The translations under genes were made by a program, and so were the position numbers. From the IMG/VR virus record IMGVR_UViG_3300042324_001267: a stretch of 64,000 nucleotides of DNA; one strand, written 5' to 3'. The stretch comes from a virus. Shown piece after piece: positions 31,201-37,519 of this stretch (positions are counted from its first letter, which is position 1; each line of letters starts with the position of its first letter). Under the pieces are notes generated by a model, which was not told where the DNA came from, did no database searches, and worked only from the letters and a program-made list of their open reading frames with translations.

Positions 31201-31816
31201 AAATGTTTGGAATAACGGATTTGGTAATATAGCAACAAATACATCATTTGGGGATAATGCTCTATCTAAGACAACCGGTGCTGGTGGAAATACAGCAATT
31301 GGGTACAGTGCTATGTACCTTGCCTCAATTGGATATGGAAATACTGCATTAGGTGAAAGTGCTCTTTATCAGCACAGTGGAAGTAACAATGTTGGAATAG
31401 GACAAAACGCACTAAAGCTTGCCACAGAAGGGTTCGGCAATACTGGAATTGGTAATTTTGTTCTTTATAAAATATCAGGTTCATACAACACTGCTTTAGG
31501 TTGGAGTGCCGGAGCTTATGCTTCAGGAAGCGGTAATCTATACCTAGGTGCTAGTGCAGGTTCTGCAACAGATGTTATTGAAAATTCTAAACTATACATA
31601 GCATCAGGATCAGGTACACCCCTAATTGGAGGTGATTTTGCTTCAGGCTCAGTAACAATTAACAATATACTAACACTTGCACCTAGAGCAACAACACCAG
31701 CAACAGCAGAAACAGGTAGCATAATGATATCAGGGAGTGGAATAGACTGCAAAATGTATGTATATCTAGGACGCGGAATGGCAGGAAATGGCTGGGCAGC
31801 AATTAACGCAACTTAA
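28244..31816 (+). CDS. Fibre with YadA-head-like 14-aa SHAEG repeats
   Basis: Two arrays of A-x-G-x-x-SHAEG-x-x-T-x repeats plus C-terminal NTA[IL]G repeats. Confidence 0.8.
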   Translation: MAKKYTADSVEATSFTGSLFGTASYATTASLAPGYLPLTGGTVSGNITVTGTTQLNGSTAITGSLSQGPTGNIVIGQYSHAEGNSTSASGNYSHAEGNYTRTVGQYSHAEGSYTLASASYSHAEGSETTASGNYSHAEGYQTTARGTYSHAQGITTISSGSYSHAEGVSTIAQGYGSHAEGSEAIAVGNRSHAEGRKTSASGDYSHAEGYFTIASGSYSHAEGFTTEAIGDASHAEGYTTYARGTYSHAEGQNTQASGSYSHAEGINSVAIGLASHAEGYNTIASGNYSHAEGDSTIASGNSSHVEGLQTISSGSYQHVQGQFNITSSAQSAFIIGNGTFGNRSNLVLASGSQFQVTGSVIATQGLTGSLQGTASYALNSGGVAAFPYTGSALITGSLGVTGSLSQGLANIATGNFSHAEGTGSVAIGDYSHAEGERTITQGQSSHAEGLSTRTVGYGSHVEGNQTRTDGSFSHAEGYFTSASGYSSHAEGSSSTASGFYSHAEGSYTLAQGAVSHTEGGYTTASGDYSHAEGETTIASGSYSHAEGSQTLSQGVSSHAEGISTIALGEGSHAEGSLTSAVGDISHAEGLRTIANGIASHTQGLYTTASGNYSHAEGSGSLASGMAAHAEGFFTIASGSSSHAEGYQTQAVGETSHAEGVITLASGYASHAEGSTTKASGNYSHAEGGTAHARGDFSHAEGFNTLASASFAHAEGHNTTGSGYASHAEGFSSKATGNYSHAEGYSTVSFGLVSHAEGSSSLSYGDASHAEGLLTTSSGDFSHAEGFFTVATGSWSHAEGEITTAYGTGSHAEGLNTNAIGDYSHAEGYLSTAIGIYSHAEGLNTTATGVIAHAEGSVTYAEGEAAHAEGRQTVASGQWSHAEGEWTQAYATGSHAEGYFTAASGSYQHVQGQYNISSSAQSAFIIGNGTADGSRSNLVFASGSQFQVTGSVIATQGFTGSFSGDGSALTGVTSTPIAWLESYSPFKNVWNNGFGNIATNTSFGDNALSKTTGAGGNTAIGYSAMYLASIGYGNTALGESALYQHSGSNNVGIGQNALKLATEGFGNTGIGNFVLYKISGSYNTALGWSAGAYASGSGNLYLGASAGSATDVIENSKLYIASGSGTPLIGGDFASGSVTINNILTLAPRATTPATAETGSIMISGSGIDCKMYVYLGRGMAGNGWAAINAT
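28465..30976 (+). repeat. Coding 42-bp tandem repeat arrays (TCACATGC[TA]GAAGG core)
   Basis: About 18 units at 28465-29210 and about 35 units at 29476-30976. Confidence 0.9.
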
Positions 31817-31833
31817 AATAAGGTAAAATAAAA

Positions 31834-32271
31834 ATGTGGTTATATCAAAATAAAGAAATTAAAGAACTAGAAGATATGCCCGGAGACAACTTCGGGTTTA
31901 TCTATGAAGTAACACATCTACCAACCGGTAGAAAGTACTTAGGAAAGAAACAACTTATTTCTGTTACAAAAAAAGCTTTAGGTAAAAAAGAATTAGCTTT
32001 AATAACAGATAAAAGAGCTAGTAAATCTAAAATAGTTAGAAAAGAATCTGATTGGAAAACCTATTACGGTTCCCACTTAGAAATAAAAGGCTTAATAAAA
32101 GAAGGAAAACAGTCGGAATTCTCAAGAGAAATTCTTATCTTTACTCCAAATAAAAAGTTACATACATACTATGAGAACAAATTCCTATTTATAAAAGGAG
32201 TAATAGAACCAGATTCCAACTATATAAATGATAATATAGAAGGAAGATATTTTAGAAAAGATTTCTTATGA
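31834..32271 (+). CDS. GIY-YIG-family nuclease-like protein
   Basis: GFIYEVT...GRKYLGKK, WKTYYGS, YINDNI. Confidence 0.7.
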   Translation: MWLYQNKEIKELEDMPGDNFGFIYEVTHLPTGRKYLGKKQLISVTKKALGKKELALITDKRASKSKIVRKESDWKTYYGSHLEIKGLIKEGKQSEFSREILIFTPNKKLHTYYENKFLFIKGVIEPDSNYINDNIEGRYFRKDFL

Positions 32272-32825
32272 TAAAATTACAAGAAGTAGTAGGATTACCG
32301 AACCTACAGTACCACTTAGACAACAAGCTGACACTATCTGAATGTGTCTACCGCTATTCCTCTAATTCGTTTATACAATTGTTTGCTGAAGCAAGACAAG
32401 CCTTTAGAGACGGTAAAATTGTATTAAGTGAACAAGATATTCAACTACTAGAATTAACAGATATTGGACAATACGGAATGTATGAAGGACAAAAAGTACC
32501 TTTAGATCTTCCAATGGTCGATGAAGAACTTGATGAAGGAGAATACAGAGGTAAAGATGTTCCTTTAAATAAACCAAAAAGAGGCGGTTCTAAAAAATTC
32601 TACGTTTATACTAAGAATAAAAAAGGAAACGTAGTAAAAGTATCTTTTGGAGGTACAACAGGATTGAATGTTAAAATAGATGAGCCAGGAGCTAGATCTT
32701 CTTTCGCCGCTAGACATAAATGTGCTACTAAAAAAGATAAAACAAAACCAGGATACTGGGCTTGTAATATCGGAAGATATTGGAAATCTTTAGGAGGAAG
32801 TAGAAACTTTAGTGGATACTGGTAA
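32268..32825 (+). CDS. Two-domain hypothetical protein with basic C-terminal domain
   Basis: LDE|G junction, then KKFYVY..VKVSFG..SFAARHKC..GYWAC. Confidence 0.65.
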   Translation: MIKLQEVVGLPNLQYHLDNKLTLSECVYRYSSNSFIQLFAEARQAFRDGKIVLSEQDIQLLELTDIGQYGMYEGQKVPLDLPMVDEELDEGEYRGKDVPLNKPKRGGSKKFYVYTKNKKGNVVKVSFGGTTGLNVKIDEPGARSSFAARHKCATKKDKTKPGYWACNIGRYWKSLGGSRNFSGYW

Positions 32826-32826
32826 T

Positions 32827-33084
32827 ATGAGACCTTATTTTCAATTAGAGACATCAGAGTATCTTTATAGAAAATTTACACAAGATATCTCAGACGAAGA
32901 ATTAGTATGGCATAGAGATGAGAATGATAGAGAGGTAGAGATATTAGAATCTACCGATTGGATGTTTCAATTCGATAATGAATTACCGCAAGTATTAAAA
33001 GATAAAGTTTTTATACCAAAAGAGGTCTACCATAGGCTTATAAAAGGAACAGGAACGTTAAATGTAAGAATAAAAGAATACTAA
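32827..33084 (+). CDS. Small cupin-like protein
   Basis: WHRD..DR.V and FIPK..YHRLIKG cupin motifs; start at 32827 preferred. Confidence 0.6.
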   Translation: MRPYFQLETSEYLYRKFTQDISDEELVWHRDENDREVEILESTDWMFQFDNELPQVLKDKVFIPKEVYHRLIKGTGTLNVRIKEY

Positions 33085-33179
33085 TGATACAGGATATAAT
33101 AGCAGGCATAATCGTATTAGGTGCTTTTGCAATTCTATTAAATACTTTACTATTTATAATTAAACCTAAAAAGGAGTAA
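33084..33179 (+). CDS. 31-aa single-TM microprotein (absent from ORF track)
   Basis: TAATG overlap; MIQDIIAGIIVLGAFAILLNTLLFIIKPKKE*. Confidence 0.55.
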   Translation: MIQDIIAGIIVLGAFAILLNTLLFIIKPKKE

Positions 33180-33198
33180 TACTAATTATAAAATTCTA

Positions 33199-33288
33199 AT
33201 GGACGGAGGAGACATAGCGTATTATTGGATAGCAGCGGTTGTTACCTTAGCATTGTATTTAATTGTAGAGGAATATAAAAAAAAATAA
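33199..33288 (+). CDS. 29-aa single-TM microprotein (absent from ORF track)
   Basis: MDGGDIAYYWIAAVVTLALYLIVEEYKKK*. Confidence 0.5.
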   Translation: MDGGDIAYYWIAAVVTLALYLIVEEYKKK

Positions 33289-33291
33289 TTA

Positions 33292-33867
33292 ATGAAAAGA
33301 TCACAACTAGTAAAGTTAATAAAAGAAGAAATTAACATACAGGATAACGGACCAGAAGAAGCACAGTTTGATACAGAGTTAATGTCAACTGCTAACGGTA
33401 TTGCAGCAGCTATAGGTACAGAATTAAAGAATAAAAAACAACAGAACGAAGGTCAGTTAGATGAAGCAATTGTAGCAACTGTAATTGTAGGAGTTTTAAC
33501 AGGAAATGCACTTATAGGGTTTATTTCTAAAATGGCTGCTAGACTGTTAAAGAAACTTAACTGGAAAAAAGGAGAAGACTTTGCAGAAAAAATACACCAC
33601 TGGGCACATGATAATGAAAAAGCTTTTCAATCTCCAATTAAAAGAGTGTTAGGGTTTTTTATAAAAGATCCAAATACATTAGAAACAACAACTAAAGCTA
33701 TCTATGCAATTGTTATTGCAAGTATGGCAGCAGGATATGGAGCAGAAGCAGTAAGCGGATTATCAAAAGCAGATTGGTTTCAAGGAGCATTATCTTCTTT
33801 AAAAACAGTAGCCAAAGCAGATGAAGCAATACTAAATGCATACCCAGCAATTAAATCAATACTATAA
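33292..33867 (+). CDS. Leader-bearing protein with hydrophobic C-terminal domain
   Basis: MKRSQLVKLIKEEI leader; LDE|A then hydrophobic helices. Confidence 0.7.
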   Translation: MKRSQLVKLIKEEINIQDNGPEEAQFDTELMSTANGIAAAIGTELKNKKQQNEGQLDEAIVATVIVGVLTGNALIGFISKMAARLLKKLNWKKGEDFAEKIHHWAHDNEKAFQSPIKRVLGFFIKDPNTLETTTKAIYAIVIASMAAGYGAEAVSGLSKADWFQGALSSLKTVAKADEAILNAYPAIKSIL

Positions 33868-33877
33868 AACATATATA

Positions 33878-34312
33878 ATGAAAAAATCTGAATTAAAAAG
33901 AATTATTCAAGAAGAATTAAAAGGGTATTCAAAGTATGCTCCAGAAGGAGAAACTAAAGGAGGTACTACAGATGACTTTAGAAACATCTTAACAACAATT
34001 GCTAAAAGTGTTCCTAAAGAAGATTCAGAAGAGAAAACTGTTTCTGAAAATTCAATAAACTTTAATGAAGAAGAGATTAAAGCACAATTTCCTGATCTAG
34101 ATCTTAGCTACGGTTTTAAAGGAGAAAATATGCATGAAATTAGATCAATAAGAAAACGAAATCTAACAAAAGAGGAGTTTGAAAGTATAATTTCATTTTT
34201 AGAAGATAGAGGATATACTGTTTTGCGTAATAAATCTACTATGGATCTTGATGATGATGGTGACAGGTGGTACTACCCTTCTATCATATTTACAGCACCT
34301 ACTGAAGCTTAA
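33878..34312 (+). CDS. Leader-bearing hypothetical protein
   Basis: MKKSELKRIIQEEL; ATG at 33878 preferred over 33836. Confidence 0.7.
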   Translation: MKKSELKRIIQEELKGYSKYAPEGETKGGTTDDFRNILTTIAKSVPKEDSEEKTVSENSINFNEEEIKAQFPDLDLSYGFKGENMHEIRSIRKRNLTKEEFESIISFLEDRGYTVLRNKSTMDLDDDGDRWYYPSIIFTAPTEA

Positions 34313-34318
34313 AAAACG

Positions 34319-34762
34319 GTGATTAGTATTTATAAGATATTAAAAGAGGTAATTACGCCCTCTCAAGAGTACCAAGAACTTGTTAACAATATTGTTGATG
34401 AAGGAGGAGAGTATTTAGGAGAAGGAGATTATGGAGCAGTATTCTTAGTAGGAAATAAAGTAAAAAAAGTAACTACTGATTCAGAAGAATTGGAAGATGC
34501 ACAACAAATAAAAGGACAAAAAACTAAATACTTTGTATACATATACGATGTAGAAGTTAGAAATCCAAAACTAGGAATCATCACAATGGATAATCTAGAA
34601 CCTTTTACAGGGTCTGAGAAAGATGTTCCAATTGATGATATAATGGAAGAAGCAGAAATGCTAGGAATATATCCGGACTTAGAAGGACCAGGAGGTTCAA
34701 TTAAAATGGATAACCTAATGCAAGATAGGTATTACGGTAATATAAAGGTAATAGACGTATAA
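34319..34762 (+). CDS. Minimal protein kinase-like protein
   Basis: LGEGDYGAVF Gly-loop, KVT Lys, helix-C Glu, DL...DNLM, KVID. Confidence 0.6.
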   Translation: MISIYKILKEVITPSQEYQELVNNIVDEGGEYLGEGDYGAVFLVGNKVKKVTTDSEELEDAQQIKGQKTKYFVYIYDVEVRNPKLGIITMDNLEPFTGSEKDVPIDDIMEEAEMLGIYPDLEGPGGSIKMDNLMQDRYYGNIKVIDV

Positions 34763-34773
34763 AATAATTAAAG

Positions 34774-34800
34774 AAAGGCTTGTTTATTCAAGTCTTTTTT
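34774..34800 (+). terminator. Intrinsic terminator, overlapping a possible early-type promoter
   Basis: AAAGGCTTG-tttatt-CAAGTCTTT plus T-run; TTG..TTCGTATCTTA. Confidence 0.55.
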
Positions 34801-34834
34801 CGTATCTTAAGATGTCAATCGGTTATGTACATAT

Positions 34835-35755
34835 ATGAGTAGTAATATATTATTAGGTTTTATAGAGAACGTTTTAGGAAAATCCCACAAAAGAGCTAGG
34901 GAGAACTATGCCTTTACCTGTCCAAAATGTAATCATCATAAGCCAAAGCTGGAAGTAAACCTGTATACTAATGAAAAAGGTGAGAATCCTTTCGAATGCT
35001 GGGTATGTGGCTTTAAAGGGCGTACAATTAAGTCTTTACTTAAACAACTACAAGTACCTGCCGAACAAGCGTATGAAATACTTAAATACGTAAGAAAAGG
35101 TGATGAAATAGGGTATGCACCTACATCTTCCGTAGAACTTCCTAAAGAGTTTCAAGCTCTGTATACAGCATCAACCACATCTATTATAGCAAATAAAGTA
35201 AGGAAATACCTCTATAAAAGAGGATTTACCGATAGAGACTTCTTAAAATACAACATAGGTTACTGTACTTCAGGAGAATACACAGGAAGAGTGATTGTTC
35301 CGTCATATAACGAGAACAACCAGTTAAACTTCTTTGTAGGTAGGACATTCGAAGATGCTTACCATAAATACAGAAATCCAGAGTGCTCTAAGGATATAAT
35401 AGGGTTTGAGAACCTAATCAATTGGTCACAACCTATAATCCTGGTAGAAGGGGTATTTGATGCAATAGCAGTAAAAAGAAACGCAGTACCAATACTCGGT
35501 AAGTCTTTATCAAAATCTTTGATAAAAAAGATAGTATCAAGTCAGGTAGAAGATATATACGTAGCCCTAGACAGGGATGCATTTAAAAAAGCACTCTCAT
35601 ACACAGAACAGTTTCTGAATATGGGAAAGAAAGTATATCTAGTAGATATGCAAGATAAGGATCCAAGCGATATGGGCTTTGCAAGCTTCACTCGTTATGT
35701 ACAACAGGCAGAGGAAATGGACTTCGGAAAGTTACTCCGCTACAAACTATCATAA
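34835..35755 (+). CDS. DNA primase (Zn-binding + TOPRIM)
   Basis: CPKC/CWVC Zn finger; ILVEGVFDA; VALDRDA; KDPSD. Confidence 0.85.
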   Translation: MSSNILLGFIENVLGKSHKRARENYAFTCPKCNHHKPKLEVNLYTNEKGENPFECWVCGFKGRTIKSLLKQLQVPAEQAYEILKYVRKGDEIGYAPTSSVELPKEFQALYTASTTSIIANKVRKYLYKRGFTDRDFLKYNIGYCTSGEYTGRVIVPSYNENNQLNFFVGRTFEDAYHKYRNPECSKDIIGFENLINWSQPIILVEGVFDAIAVKRNAVPILGKSLSKSLIKKIVSSQVEDIYVALDRDAFKKALSYTEQFLNMGKKVYLVDMQDKDPSDMGFASFTRYVQQAEEMDFGKLLRYKLS

Positions 35756-35756
35756 T

Positions 35757-36539
35757 ATGATACAAAAAGGACAGAATGTTTTGTCAGAACATGCTAAGAA
35801 GAGGTTAGATTTTAAACCTGAACTTAAGCAAATTAACTTCCTTGATAGGAGGGTTTATCAACGATCAGAAGGAGTATACTATCCTTCAGTTACTTCAATC
35901 TTACAGTACATGCCAAAGAATAAGTTCTTTGAAAGCTGGTTGAAAGATGTAGGACACAATTCAGACATTATAATGAGAAGAGCCGGAGATGAAGGTACTC
36001 AAACTCATAATGCAATTGAAGAGCTATTAGAAGGTAAAGAACTTACCTGGATGGATGATTACGGTAATGCCCGTTACAATGAATTGGTATGGGGAATGAT
36101 TATGAAGTTTAAAGAGTTCTGGGATGTAGCAAAACCCGTACTACTCTTTACAGAAGAGTTTACCTACTCAGATACTCACAAGTATGCCGGAACTGCCGAT
36201 ATAGTTGTATCGATGAATGGAGAGAATTGGCTTATTGACTTTAAGACATCAAATCATTTACATAAATCATATGACTTACAACTAGCAGCTTATGCTAAAT
36301 CAATCGAAGAAACAAAAGGTATTAAAATTGATAGAACAGCTATTCTTTGGTTGAAAGCATCAACTCGAGGAGCTGATAAAGCCGGGAAGAAGTTACAAGG
36401 TAAAGGATGGGAGTTAAAAGTGATTGATGATATAGAAAAGAACTTTGAATTATTCAAATTGATCTATAAATTATATGAACTTGAGCATCCAACAACAGAG
36501 CCGAAGTTTACATCATATCCAACCACTATCAAACTTTAG
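35757..36539 (+). CDS. PD-(D/E)XK exonuclease
   Basis: YPSVTSIL, GT..H..IE, YAGTAD, IDFKTS, QLAAY; ATG at 35757 preferred. Confidence 0.85.
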   Translation: MIQKGQNVLSEHAKKRLDFKPELKQINFLDRRVYQRSEGVYYPSVTSILQYMPKNKFFESWLKDVGHNSDIIMRRAGDEGTQTHNAIEELLEGKELTWMDDYGNARYNELVWGMIMKFKEFWDVAKPVLLFTEEFTYSDTHKYAGTADIVVSMNGENWLIDFKTSNHLHKSYDLQLAAYAKSIEETKGIKIDRTAILWLKASTRGADKAGKKLQGKGWELKVIDDIEKNFELFKLIYKLYELEHPTTEPKFTSYPTTIKL

Positions 36540-36560
36540 TACTATTTATTTAATATAATC

Positions 36561-36596
36561 GTTGGATAATCGAAAGAATATTCGTATATTTAGGTA
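36561..36596 (+). promoter_or_regulatory. Putative early promoter (copy 8)
   Basis: GTTGGATAATCGAAAGAATATTCGTATATTTAGGTA, same spacing as left-end copies. Confidence 0.7.
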
Positions 36597-36609
36597 AATA
36601 AAAAGTATA

Positions 36610-37518
36610 ATGGGAGGAAACGTATTCGATAGTACAGCACCGATAAAAAAAGAGCATATTAAACCAACTCTATTAGAGTTCTTTAAGCAGTTCAAAACTA
36701 TATTTCCAAAAGCAGAACCATTCTTTAGAGAGATGAAAACTCTAGGATCTGTAGGGAAAAAAGATTACTCAGGGGATATTGACCTAGCACTTGCCGGGTC
36801 ATCCTTTGATAATGTAGAGGATTGGGGTCTAGATGAGAAACACGTTCAAGACCTATTTGTAGGGTTTAAGAAAAGAGCTAGAACATCTTCTGATGATCAG
36901 CTAATGAAAAGAGCTGTAATTGTAGCAATAGCACAAAAGATAGCAGAAGCAGATACAGAGATTATAGCAGATGTAAAAGGATCTTCTGCAGGAGCTTTAT
37001 TTCTTCTATTTCCTCAATACGATGAGAATAACGAAGTAGTAGGACAAAACGTTCAAATAGATGTAAATGTAGGAGATGTAGATTGGTTACAATTTGCATA
37101 CCACTCAGCCACTTACTCAGGAAACGTAAAAGGGTTACATAGAACACAATTACTTGTATCTTTATTCTCTCAGAAAGGATATACATTCTCTCACAATTAT
37201 GGAGTAAAGGAGAAAGAATCACAAGAGATTGTAGCAAACACACCACAACAAGCAATAGACCTTCTAAATAAGTCATATGGCTTAAATTTAGATAGAGATA
37301 CAATAGGAGATTATTTTAAATTGATAGAAGTACTAGAAGCAGGACTATCCCCACAGGATTTAAACGCTGTATATGATACTTATCTTAAGATATTAGATAG
37401 CACTAGAGCAGATATACCAGAAGATCTACAGGCTTATTGGATAAAAAATCAAGAAAGATTAGGGTTAAAAGGTAAATTCTTACCGGATAATTCAAATTTA
37501 ACACAATATAAAGTATAA
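36610..37518 (+). CDS. Pol-beta-superfamily nucleotidyltransferase
   Basis: LGSVGKKDYSGDIDL (GS..DxD) and third acid in VQIDV. Confidence 0.7.
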   Translation: MGGNVFDSTAPIKKEHIKPTLLEFFKQFKTIFPKAEPFFREMKTLGSVGKKDYSGDIDLALAGSSFDNVEDWGLDEKHVQDLFVGFKKRARTSSDDQLMKRAVIVAIAQKIAEADTEIIADVKGSSAGALFLLFPQYDENNEVVGQNVQIDVNVGDVDWLQFAYHSATYSGNVKGLHRTQLLVSLFSQKGYTFSHNYGVKEKESQEIVANTPQQAIDLLNKSYGLNLDRDTIGDYFKLIEVLEAGLSPQDLNAVYDTYLKILDSTRADIPEDLQAYWIKNQERLGLKGKFLPDNSNLTQYKV

Positions 37519-37519
37519 T

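Noticed and set aside
35757-36539. Cas4 call
   Set aside because: Lacks the Cys cluster; fits a phage PD-(D/E)XK exonuclease next to primase.
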